In this document: positions 16,693 to 26,400 of the stretch, piece after piece | Numbering within the stretch: position 1 is the stretch's first letter | Layout of the letters: the number at the start of each line of letters is the position of its first letter | Assembly (NCBI GenBank): GCA_031441465.1 | Contig: JANOEP010000003.1 | Location: forward strand, 1 to 29,664 | DNA: 29,664 bases | Source of the DNA: a bacterium | GTDB lineage: Bacteria > Krumholzibacteriota > Krumholzibacteriia > LZORAL124-64-63 | Reading direction: 5' to 3' | Position numbers and translations under genes: made by a program | Notes under the pieces: model-generated | Databases searched by the model: none | Told to the model about the DNA's origin: nothing | The model's input: the letters and a program-made list of their open reading frames with translations, nothing else

Positions 16693-17718
16693 ATGGTGCC
16701 GATGCTAGAAACCGAGACGATCCTGGTCGTCGACGACGACCAACACCTGCGGACGATCCTGAAGCACGTGCTCGAACAGGGCGGCTTCCAGGTCGTGCTC
16801 GCCGAGGACGGCCGGCAGGCCCTGGCCAGCCTGCAACGAGGCTTGCCCGACCTGGTCCTGCTGGACGTCATGATGCCGGGTCTGGACGGGTTCGACGTGC
16901 TGCGCGAGTTGCGCAACCGGTTCCGGACCAGCCACCTGCCCGTGATCATGCTGACGGCCAAGGGCGAGACGCCGCACAAAGTGCGCGGCCTCGCGCAGGG
17001 GGCCAACGACTACCTGAGCAAACCTTTCGTTCCCGACGAACTGGTGCTGCGCGTGCGCAATCTGCTGCAGTTGAGCCGCAGCCAGCGCGACGCCAATCCG
17101 TTGACGGGACTGCCCGGCAACCGCGCCATCGCGCGGGAGCTGAACCGGCGGCTCGAGGCGGGTCTGTCCTTCGGCTTCCTCTACTTCGATCTCGACCACT
17201 TCAAGGCCTACAACGACCACTACGGCTACGTGAAGGGCGACGCGGTCCTGACGATGCTGGCCGACCTGCTCGCGAACGAGGTCCTGGCGTGCGACGACGC
17301 CTTCCTGGGGCACGTCGGCGGTGACGACTTCGTCGCTGTGACACTCCCGCAGGATGCCGACGGCCTCGCCGAACGCATCGTCGCGGCGTTCGACGAGCAC
17401 GTCCTCGCGCAGTACGACCCCGAAGACCGTCGTCGCGGCTACATCGAACTGCCCGGCCGCACCGGCAGCCTGCAGCGGTTCCCGCCGGTGTCGCTGACCG
17501 TCGCGGTCGTCGTCGAGCAGCAGGGAAACATCGGCCACGTGGGTCGGCTCAACGCCGTCGCGGCCGAGCTCAAGAAGTACGGCAAATCGCTGCCAGGCAG
17601 CCAGATCATTCACGAGCGGCGCTATCCGGTCGACGCGGCCGCGTCACAGACTTCGCCGCCGACCGACGGTCGCGAAGAAGGCGTCGCCCCGTCGGCGCGT
17701 CGCCCGGAGCAGCCATGA
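16693..17718 (+). CDS. Response regulator receiver + GGDEF diguanylate cyclase (GGDDF variant)
   Basis: Receiver: ILVVDDD, LLDVMMP, MLTA, KPF. Cyclase: NPLTGLPGN, DLDHFKAYND.YG..KGD, HVGGDDF (GGDDF at 17317-17331). The start could instead be the ATG at 16702. Confidence 0.92.
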   Translation: MVPMLETETILVVDDDQHLRTILKHVLEQGGFQVVLAEDGRQALASLQRGLPDLVLLDVMMPGLDGFDVLRELRNRFRTSHLPVIMLTAKGETPHKVRGLAQGANDYLSKPFVPDELVLRVRNLLQLSRSQRDANPLTGLPGNRAIARELNRRLEAGLSFGFLYFDLDHFKAYNDHYGYVKGDAVLTMLADLLANEVLACDDAFLGHVGGDDFVAVTLPQDADGLAERIVAAFDEHVLAQYDPEDRRRGYIELPGRTGSLQRFPPVSLTVAVVVEQQGNIGHVGRLNAVAAELKKYGKSLPGSQIIHERRYPVDAAASQTSPPTDGREEGVAPSARRPEQP

Positions 17719-18116
17719 GCGACGTGCGCGTGCTGATCGTGGAGGACGAGCCCCACCTCGCGGGGCTCCTGTCGCGCGCTTTCGCGCAGGAGGGCTGGCA
17801 GGCGGTCGTGGCCCGCAACGGCATCGAGGGGCTGAACCAGGTGGCGACCTTCCGCCCCGACGTGATCGTGATGGACATCATGATGCCCAAGCTCGACGGC
17901 ATCGACGCGACGCGCCTGATCCGGCGCAACCCCGGGCACGACCGCACGGCGATCGTCGCTCTCTCGGCGCGGCACGACCGCACCGCCAGGGCGGAGATGC
18001 TGACCGCCGGGGCGGACCTGTTCCTCGAGAAACCTTTCGTGATGAGTCGGCTGGTCTCCCAGGCCGCCGACGCCCTGGCTGCGCGGCGCACCCCCGCTGG
18101 GAAGGACATGACATGA
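17715..18116 (+). CDS. Single-domain response regulator
   Basis: VLIVEDE, VMDIMMP, ALSA, KPF; ATGA overlaps at both ends. Confidence 0.92.
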   Translation: MSDVRVLIVEDEPHLAGLLSRAFAQEGWQAVVARNGIEGLNQVATFRPDVIVMDIMMPKLDGIDATRLIRRNPGHDRTAIVALSARHDRTARAEMLTAGADLFLEKPFVMSRLVSQAADALAARRTPAGKDMT

Positions 18117-20758
18117 CGATGTTTTCGGCGACTCTCGGCGCGATTCCCGCCGGCGTGGCGGCGGCTCCCGGCGGGCCGGTGCCCTACGCCGTGGCGATCC
18201 TGGCCCTGGCCGCGGGGTTGGTCTGGCAGATCCTGAGGATGCGCCAGCGCTCGCGCGACCTCCTCGATCGCCAGGAGCGCGTGCGCGGCCTGGAGAGCCT
18301 GCTGGCCATCTCGGCGCGCATCCACGCTTTCCGCGATTCCGAGCACCTGCTCAACGAGATCACGCAGTCGGTGCGGGAGTCGCTGGGCTTCCGCATGGTC
18401 CTGTTGCGCATCTACAACGTCTCGGACAAGGTCTTCGAGGCGAAGGCCTTCTCCGGCATCGACGAGGAGGGCATCGAGTACCTGCGCAACAGCCCGATGA
18501 CGCTGACCGGGTTCCGCAAGATGGCCCTGCCGCAGTTCCTGGTCTCCAATTCCTACCTCATCCGTCACACGATCGAGGGGGCGGAACAGGCCCTGGCCGA
18601 CGCGTACACGCAGGCGCAGGAGAAGCGCGCCGAGGGCGAGTGGGACGAGCGCGATGCGTTGATCATCCCCCTGAATTCGCCCGAAGGGGAGATTCGCGGC
18701 TACCTGAGCGTCGACGATCCGGTCGATCACAAGGTGCCCGGGCTGCAGACCATCCAGATGCTGGAGCTGTTCGCCCAGCAGGCGGCCACGGCCATCGCCT
18801 CGGCCGAACTCTACTCGCGTCTGCACCGCCAGAACCAGGAACTGACGCGCTCCTCGGACCGTCTGCGCTACCACAACGAGCTGAAGAACAACTTCGTCGC
18901 CAACGTCAGCCACGAACTCCGCACCCCCCTGACTTCGATCAAGGCCTACAGCGAGGCCCTGGTGCACGGGCGCGAGCGCATGGAAGATGCGGCCCAGGGC
19001 GAGTTCCTGCGGGTCATCCAGTCCGAGAGCGAGAAGCTCACCGGCATCGTCAACAACCTCCTGGACCTCGAGCGCATGGAGCGCGAGCAGATTACTTTCA
19101 ACCGCCACCAGACCGACCTCGTGGCGCTGGTGCGCGGCATCGAGGGCTCCGCCCGCGCCCAGGCCGAGTCCAAGCGCATCGCGTTCTCCATGCACGTGGA
19201 CCGCGAGGAAGTCCTGCTCGGGGTCGATGCCGACCTCGTGCGCCAGTTGATCCGCCACCTGCTGGACAACGCCTTCAAGTTCACCCCGAGCGGGGGCAAG
19301 GTGCACCTGTCGGTGGTCGACGGCGTCTCTTCGGTGCGCATCGTGGTCGAGGACAACGGCATCGGCGTCCCCGACAACAAGATGACGTACATCTTCGACC
19401 GCTTCTACCAGGTGGACGGCTCCAGCACGCGCGAGCACGGCGGCCAGGGCATCGGGCTGGCCATCTGCCGCGACATCGTCACGCGCCACGGCGGCCGCAT
19501 CTGGGGCGAGCGCGTGCAGCCCCAGGGAGTGCGCTTCAACGCCCTGCTGCCGCGCCGCGACGAGATCGTCCGCCGGGGCCAGGACAACGGCCACCACACG
19601 GTCTTCAACGACGTGCCCGAGTTCGCCGAGCGGCTGATCCACTGGGTCGGCGAGCTGCTGCGGGCGCGCGTGGTCGCGCTGCTGCTGCCGGACCCGGGCG
19701 GGGAGCACCTGGTCGTCGAGGCGGCCATGGGCCTCGAAGACCGCGTGGTGCAGGACATGCGGCTCGCTCGCGGCGAGGGCGTGGCCGGGCGCGTCTGGGC
19801 GACCGGGGAGCCGGCGCTGGGCAACGCCGAGGCCGCGGGGGCGAGGACTCCGGCGGAACGGGCCGACCCCCGGCCGGATACCGGGACCCTGTTGAGCGCG
19901 CCGGTGATGCGGGCCGGGCGCGTGGTGGGCGTGGTGAACGTCGCCAACCGCATCGACGGGCGCGCGTTCGGCGTCTGCGACCGCCTGCTGCTGCAGGCGA
20001 TCGCGGCGCGGCTGGGCCACGTGTTGGAACGTGTCGTGGTCCACCAGAGCAGCAACCGGGAGTTCGGCGATCTCGCGCAGGCCCTGCGCAAGAGCGTGGC
20101 CATCCGCCGCGCCCGGCACGACGAACTCGCGGAGATCTGCCACGACATCTGCATCGAGTCTGCCCGGCGCATGGGCCTCTCCGAGCCGGAGCTGATGAGC
20201 CTGGCCTTCGCGCTGCAGACCTACGACCTCGGGCTGACCGGCATCCCCGACGACATCATCCACAAGGGGCCGCCGCTCGAGCCGGAGGAGTGGGAAATCC
20301 TCCAGCAGCACGTCCACCTGAGCCTGCAGCTGATCTCGTCGCTGGACGCCCCCGGGGAGGTGCACGACATCGTCCTGCACCACCACGAGCACTTCGACGG
20401 CTCGGGCTACCCGCAGGGTCTGGCCGGCGAGGACATCCCCCTGGGCGCCCGGCTGCTCATGCTGGCCGACAGCCTCACGGCGATGCTGCAGGGCCGCCCC
20501 TACCGGCGGGCCGTGGGACTGGAGCAGGCCCTGGCCGAGATGCAGCAGCGCGTCGGCAGCCAGTTCTGCCCGCGCTGCCTGGAGAATTTCCTGGAAGAGG
20601 CGCAGCGTCACGCCGAGCGCATCGACGAGGTGCAGCTCTCGCGCAACCTGGCCCTGCCGGCGCCGGCGAGCCGGCCCGCGGCGACTCCCGTGAACGACGT
20701 CGAGTACGAGGACGGAGAACTCGTCGGGGCTGCTTCCGGCGACGGGCACACACACTGA
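18113..20758 (+). CDS. Histidine kinase with architecture TM-GAF-HisKA-HATPase-GAF-HD-GYP(degenerate)
   Basis: One TM, then a GAF; H-box VSHELRTPLTSI (His 18911); DNAFKF, DNGIG, GQGIGL; second GAF (GEGVAGRV, LSAPV..AGRVVGVVNV); HD-GYP region HHHEHFDGSGYP.GL.GEDIPLGAR..ADS..AM...RPYR. Confidence 0.9.
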   Translation: MTMFSATLGAIPAGVAAAPGGPVPYAVAILALAAGLVWQILRMRQRSRDLLDRQERVRGLESLLAISARIHAFRDSEHLLNEITQSVRESLGFRMVLLRIYNVSDKVFEAKAFSGIDEEGIEYLRNSPMTLTGFRKMALPQFLVSNSYLIRHTIEGAEQALADAYTQAQEKRAEGEWDERDALIIPLNSPEGEIRGYLSVDDPVDHKVPGLQTIQMLELFAQQAATAIASAELYSRLHRQNQELTRSSDRLRYHNELKNNFVANVSHELRTPLTSIKAYSEALVHGRERMEDAAQGEFLRVIQSESEKLTGIVNNLLDLERMEREQITFNRHQTDLVALVRGIEGSARAQAESKRIAFSMHVDREEVLLGVDADLVRQLIRHLLDNAFKFTPSGGKVHLSVVDGVSSVRIVVEDNGIGVPDNKMTYIFDRFYQVDGSSTREHGGQGIGLAICRDIVTRHGGRIWGERVQPQGVRFNALLPRRDEIVRRGQDNGHHTVFNDVPEFAERLIHWVGELLRARVVALLLPDPGGEHLVVEAAMGLEDRVVQDMRLARGEGVAGRVWATGEPALGNAEAAGARTPAERADPRPDTGTLLSAPVMRAGRVVGVVNVANRIDGRAFGVCDRLLLQAIAARLGHVLERVVVHQSSNREFGDLAQALRKSVAIRRARHDELAEICHDICIESARRMGLSEPELMSLAFALQTYDLGLTGIPDDIIHKGPPLEPEEWEILQQHVHLSLQLISSLDAPGEVHDIVLHHHEHFDGSGYPQGLAGEDIPLGARLLMLADSLTAMLQGRPYRRAVGLEQALAEMQQRVGSQFCPRCLENFLEEAQRHAERIDEVQLSRNLALPAPASRPAATPVNDVEYEDGELVGAASGDGHTH

Positions 20759-20804
20759 ACGGCACGCGCGCAGCACACGACACCCGAGGGACGGAGGCAC
20801 CAAC

Positions 20805-21179
20805 GTGCGCAAGATCCTGATCGTCGACGACGAGCCCTACATCCTGAGCATCCTGGACTTCAGCCTCGACGCCGAGGGCTATGCGGTCCTGCAGGCCGCC
20901 GACGGCGACGCCGCCCTGAGTCTGGCCGCCGAACAGCAGCCCGATCTCGTCATCCTCGACGTGATGATGCCCCGGCTCGACGGCTTCGAGACGTGCCGGC
21001 GGCTCAAAGCCGACCTGCGCACCAAGGACATCCCGGTCGTCCTGCTGACCGCGCGCAACTCGCGCGAGGACCGCACCCGCGGCCGGGACTGCGGCGCCGA
21101 CGGCTACATCACCAAGCCGTTCAGCCCCCAGCGCCTGGTCGACACGGTGCAGACCTTCCTCGGCGTCCGCCACGGCTGA
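20805..21179 (+). CDS. Single-domain response regulator
   Basis: GTG start after GGAGG; ILIVDDE, ILDVMMP, LLTA, KPF. Confidence 0.93.
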   Translation: MRKILIVDDEPYILSILDFSLDAEGYAVLQAADGDAALSLAAEQQPDLVILDVMMPRLDGFETCRRLKADLRTKDIPVVLLTARNSREDRTRGRDCGADGYITKPFSPQRLVDTVQTFLGVRHG

Positions 21180-21210
21180 ACGATCCTGGCCCCGGCGATC
21201 GCCGCCGTCG

Positions 21211-21239
21211 TGGACGCGCGCCGCCGCAGCGTGTAGACT
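21211..21239 (+). promoter_or_regulatory. Putative sigma-70 promoter for priA
   Basis: TGGACG (21211-21216), 17 bp, TAGACT (21234-21239), intergenic. Confidence 0.4.
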
Positions 21240-21290
21240 TCCCCCGCACGATCCCCCGCCGACGTCCCACATCCCCGGAGGAACCAAGGC

Positions 21291-23294
21291 ATGGCCGCCG
21301 TCGCGACGCTGGCCGAGGTCGCCCTGCCGGTGCCTCTGGACCAGACCTTCACCTACCGCGTTCCGGACGGTTGGCCGGCGCCGCCGGTGCGGCCCGGCGA
21401 CCTGGTCTCGGCGCCGCTGGGACGGCGGACCGTGACGGGCCTGGTCGTCGGCGTGCGCGAGGCGGCCGCGGACGTCGCGGAAGTCGACGGTCACCGCCTG
21501 CGCCCGCTGCGCGGCCGCTTCCCCGCGGCGTACCGGGTCGAGGGCGACCGCCGACTTCTGCTGGACTGGATGGCCGGCTACTACGCGCTGCCGGCCGGGG
21601 AACTCGTGCCGCTGTTCCACCCGCCGGCTCCCGGCACGAAGGCCCGGCCGCGCCGCGCCGCGGCGGCCTACCCCATCGCCGACGCTCTCGACGTGCGACT
21701 GACGCCCGACCAGGAGCGCGCCGTGGTCTGGGCGGTCGGCCGGCTGGAGACGCGCAGCTTCGGCGCGCTGCTGCTGCGCGGCGTGACCGGCAGCGGCAAG
21801 ACCGAGGTCTACCTGCGCATCATCGCCGAGGTCCTGGCCCGCGGACGCAGCGCCCTTTTTCTCCTGCCGGAGATCGCGCTGACCCCGCAGACCGAGGCGC
21901 GCGTGGCGGCGCGGTTCGGCGATCGCGTCGCCACGGTGCACAGCGGGCTGTCCGCGGGCGAGCGCTGCCGCGTGCACGAAGCCGCGGCGGCGGGGGAGTT
22001 GGGCGTCGTGCTCGGGCCGCGCTCGGCCCTGTTCACGCCGCTGCGCGACCTCGGTGTGGTGATCGTCGACGAGGAGCATGACGCCAGCTACAAGCAGGAG
22101 GAGAAGCCGCGCTACCACGCGCGCCACGCGGCCCTGGTGCGGGCGCGCGAGGCCGGGGCCTGCGTGGTGCTCGGTTCCGCGACGCCGGACCTCGAATCGG
22201 TGCGCAACGCGTGCGAGGGCCGCTACCAGGAGATCCTGCTCGCCGACCGCCCGGTCGGGGAGATGCCCGTCGTCGAGATCGTCGACATGCGCGGCGGGCC
22301 AGCGTCCGACGGCTTCTCGGACGCGCTGCTGACCCGGCTCGAGGCGTGCCTGGCCGGCGGCCGCCAGGCGATCCTCTACTACAACCGCCGCGGTTTCGCC
22401 CGTGTCCTGCAGTGCGCGTCCTGCGGCGTCCCGGTCGCCTGCCCGCACTGCGACATCGCGCTGACGGTCCACCTGCGCCCGCGCCAGCTGCTGTGCCACT
22501 ACTGCGGCTTCGCGCGCCGGGAACCGGACACCTGCCCGGATTGCGGCGGCCCGTCGTTCCTGCCCGGGGGATCCGGCACCGAGCGGCTCGAGCTGGCGCT
22601 GGCGGCGCACTTCCCCGACGCCCGCGTCCTGCGGCTGGATCACGACACCACCCGCACCCGCGGCAGCCACCGGCGGATCCTGTCGGAATTCGCCGCGCGC
22701 GGCGCCGACATCCTGGTCGGCACGCAGATGGTGGCCAAGGGGCACCACTTCGCCGGCGTCGACCTGGTCGGTGTCCTGGCGGCCGACGACGGACTGACGC
22801 TGCCCGATTTCCGCGCGCACGAGCGGGTCTTCCAGCTGCTGACCCAGGTCGCCGGCCGCACGGGCCGCGAGAGCCCCGGCGCCGTGCTGTTCCAGACCTG
22901 GCAGCCGGAGCACCCGGTGATCCTGGCCGCCTCGCGCCACGATTTCGCGGCCTTCGCCGCCGCGGAGCTGCCGCAGCGCGAGGCGGCGGGTTACCCGCCG
23001 GCGCGGCGCATGCTGCGCGTGGGCCTCGCGGCCCGCCGCCCCCGCGACGTCGAGGACGCGGCCCACCGCTTCGGCGAACTGATGCGCACCCACCTGCAGC
23101 CGCCCGCGCTGGAGGTGCTCGGCCCGGCGCCCGCAGTGTTCGCCCGGCTGCAGAACCGCGTCCGCTGGCAGTTGCTGGTCAAGGGGACCATGACCAACGC
23201 CCAGCGAGCCTGGCTCGCCGACCGCGGGCGACGCCTGGCAGCCGAAACCGCGGTCGACGTCACGTGGGACGTGGATCCTGTCGGCTTGTATTGA
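21291..23294 (+). CDS. priA: Primosomal protein N' (replication restart helicase)
   Basis: N-terminal EVALPVPLDQTFTY; Walker A GVTGSGKTEVY; PEIALTPQ; DEEHD.SYKQ; zinc motifs CASC, CPHC, CHYC, CPDC; GTQMVAKGHHF; QVAGRTGR. Confidence 0.97.
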   Translation: MAAVATLAEVALPVPLDQTFTYRVPDGWPAPPVRPGDLVSAPLGRRTVTGLVVGVREAAADVAEVDGHRLRPLRGRFPAAYRVEGDRRLLLDWMAGYYALPAGELVPLFHPPAPGTKARPRRAAAAYPIADALDVRLTPDQERAVVWAVGRLETRSFGALLLRGVTGSGKTEVYLRIIAEVLARGRSALFLLPEIALTPQTEARVAARFGDRVATVHSGLSAGERCRVHEAAAAGELGVVLGPRSALFTPLRDLGVVIVDEEHDASYKQEEKPRYHARHAALVRAREAGACVVLGSATPDLESVRNACEGRYQEILLADRPVGEMPVVEIVDMRGGPASDGFSDALLTRLEACLAGGRQAILYYNRRGFARVLQCASCGVPVACPHCDIALTVHLRPRQLLCHYCGFARREPDTCPDCGGPSFLPGGSGTERLELALAAHFPDARVLRLDHDTTRTRGSHRRILSEFAARGADILVGTQMVAKGHHFAGVDLVGVLAADDGLTLPDFRAHERVFQLLTQVAGRTGRESPGAVLFQTWQPEHPVILAASRHDFAAFAAAELPQREAAGYPPARRMLRVGLAARRPRDVEDAAHRFGELMRTHLQPPALEVLGPAPAVFARLQNRVRWQLLVKGTMTNAQRAWLADRGRRLAAETAVDVTWDVDPVGLY

Positions 23295-23346
23295 CATGGT
23301 GGAAAACGAGTTAATGAATCAAGACGGATCTCGACGCAGAACCGGT

Positions 23347-23376
23347 TTGCCCTGGAGCCTCCCATCGTGGTATGAT
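23347..23376 (+). promoter_or_regulatory. Putative sigma-70 promoter (extended -10) for the protease gene
   Basis: TTGCCC (23347-23352), 18 bp, TATGAT (23371-23376) preceded by TGG. Confidence 0.55.
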
Positions 23377-23448
23377 AGAGAAGCGGCGTGGGAACGTCGC
23401 CGACCCGACATCCCGCAGCACCCACCGGTTTCGGACGAAAGGCAGCCG

Positions 23449-26400
23449 ATGCGTCCGTGTAATCTTTTTTGCGCTTCTGTGCCCGCGACGACCCGACTGT
23501 TCGTCCTGGCCTGCCTGCTGACCGTCGCCGTCGCCGGGACGGCGTTCGCCCAATCCAATCCCACCTGGGAGCCGACGACGGCGTTCACCGACAGCCTGAC
23601 GCCGCAGCGGCGCGCCAACCTGTACGGTTTCGAACTGCCGCCGGACTACCAGCGCGAGTACCTCGATCACCTGAAGATCTACCCCACGGACAAGGTCGAC
23701 CTGCCGTCGAACTTCAGCTGGGTGAGCCAGGACGGCGTGACGTCGGTCAAGAACCAGGGCGGCTGCGGCTCGTGCTGGGCCTTCGCCGCCATCGGGCAGA
23801 TCGAATCGCACCTGAAGATCTTCTACGGGCAGGACCTGAACCTGTCGGAACAGCAGATGATCCTCTGCAACCCGTACGGAGCCGACTGCGACGGCGGGTG
23901 GGCTTCGGCCGTCTACAACGTGGCGATGACCTACGGGGCCGTCCACGAGGAGGACATCCCCTATACCGAGGGCACCGTCAGCTCCTGCACCCAGACCTCC
24001 CACCTGCCCTTCGGCTTCGTGACGAGCTGGCACTACGTCTCGAACAACGTGACGCAGATCAAGACCGCCCTGCTCGACGGCCCGGTCTGCTCGGCCTTCA
24101 ATGCCGACGAGCCCTTCCCGAGCTACGGCACCGGCTGCTACACCGACAACGTCGGGCCGTACACGAACCACCTGATCCTGATCGTCGGCTGGGACGACCG
24201 CGCCTGCGGCGGCACCGGCGGCTGGATCTGCAAGAATTCCTGGGGCTCCAGTTTCGGCGAGGCCGGGTACTTCACCATCAAGTACGGCGTGTCGCTGATC
24301 GGCACCTCGACGACCCAGATCGATCTGATGGTGCCGCCCACGAGCGTCACGGTGCTCGGTCCCCTGGACGACCGCGAGTACCTGGCGGGCGAGACGGTCG
24401 ACATCGCCTGGACCACGAGCGGCGCCGCCGCCGCCACGGTGGACATCTGGGCCTCCCTCGACGGCTACCTCGACACCAAGATCGCGGACGACGTGCCCAA
24501 CACCGGCCACTATCTGTGGACCCTGCCGAACCACTCCACGACGCTGCTCAAGTTCTGCGTCGTCCCGCTGGGCAACACGCGGCAGGGCTTCGGCACCTCC
24601 CCGGATCGGATGCGGCTGCTCGGCCACCGCACGCGCTACGTCTCGCCGACCGGCGGCAATGTCGCGCCCTACGAGACGAAGGCCACGGCCGCCATCAGCC
24701 TGGCCGCCGCCCTCGTCGCCTGCACCGGGCGCGACACCGTGCTCGTCACGGCCGGCGACTACAGCGAGCGCGTGTCCGTCACCACGCCGACGACGATCAT
24801 CGGCGGCTGGAACCCGACCTTCACCGCGCGTGACCCGCTGCCGGGCGCGACGCGCCTGCAGGCGATCGACAGCGCGATGGGCTTCGTCGGCGGCCTCGAC
24901 GGCCACGCCGGCGTCGTCGGCTTCGAGTTCTACGACTGCGTCGGCGGGATCAGCAGCGTTCCCGTCTTCGGTCGCCACGGCGGGGCGATCTACATCAACG
25001 GTTCCTCGCCCACCATCCGGGACTGCGTGTTCACGAACAACACAGCCAACCCCTTCAACGGCGACGGGGTCGGCGGCGCCATCATCGTCATCAACGGCGC
25101 CCCCCGCATCGAGAACTGCGTGTTCCAGGGCAACCGGGCCAAGCTGGGCGGCGCCGTGGCCCTGATCAACGCCGACGGCGCGGTCCTGACCGGCAACCTC
25201 TACCTGCACAACGCCTGCATGGACAGCGTCGCCGGGCAGGAGGGCGCGGGCGTCTACGCCCTCGACAGCCGGCTGGACCTGATCGGCGAGATCTTCACGG
25301 GCAACCGCCGCTGCGCCGCCGGGGCGGCCCTGTCGGCGAGCGGCTCGACGGTGACCGCGCGGAACGTCGTCGCCACCGGCAACCGCGCCGACGCCCGGGG
25401 TGGCGCTTTCCAATGCCTGGGAGGCAGCCTCGTCGTCGAGGGCGGCCGGTACGACGCCAATGTGGCGCGGATCGATCGCGGCGGCGCCCTGAACCTCGAC
25501 GGGGCCGTCTGCGACGTGCGCAACGCGGTCTTCACGGGCAACGCCGCCGGCGTGCTCGGCGCGACACTCGCCATGAACGCGGCGCCCACGATCCGCCTCG
25601 AGAACACGCTGCTGCTCGGCAGCACGGGCGCCGGCTACGGCGCCGTGTTCCTGACCGGCGTCGGTTCGGTGGTCCTGAGCAACTGCGTCGTCGCCGGCAA
25701 CGCGCACGGCGGCGTGGCGGGCAGCGCCGCCGCCTTCGCGGCCGACCACAACGTCCTGTGGAACAACGTGGGCGGCCACTACGTGGGCCTGACGGGCGGC
25801 GCCCACGACATCCTGGCCGATCCGGGTTTCTGCTCCCCGGCGGTCGGGGACTACGCGTTGGCCCTGCATTCTCCCTGCCTGGACCGGGGCGATCCCGATC
25901 CCGCCCGCCTCGACCCCGACGGTTCGCGGGCCGACATCGGCGCCTACGGCGGCCCCGGCAGCACGCCGGTCGCCCCGGCGGCGGTCACCCAGCTCAGCTT
26001 GACGGAGCTGGCCGGCGCGAGCGCGTCGCTCGCCTGGGCGCCCAACGCCGAACCCGACGTCGACCATTACGTCGTCTACCGACTGCCGGACGCGGGGACG
26101 CAACCCGGAGCCGCCCACGTGGCCGGTGTCGTCGCGCATCCCGGCCACACGTTCGCCTCGGCGCAGTCGGACGGCTGCTTCCAGGTGGTGGCGGTGGACC
26201 AGGACGGTCACGTTGGCGGGTATTCGGCGACGGTGACGGCGGGCGCGACGGCCGCCGGCGACGCGCCGCGCGCGTTGGCCATCGCGGCCGTGACGCCCAA
26301 TCCCTTCAATCCCCGCACCAAGATCCGCTTCGACGTGCCGCGCGCCGGGCGGGTCGAGGTGAGGATCTACGACATGCGCGGCCGCACCGTGCGCACCCTC

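Noticed and set aside
23296..23448. N-terminal extension of the protease ORF, and TTGACA at 23291 as its promoter
   Set aside because: The extension precedes the signal peptide and contains a better promoter candidate. TTGACA overlaps the priA stop and has no good -10 at 16-18 bp.
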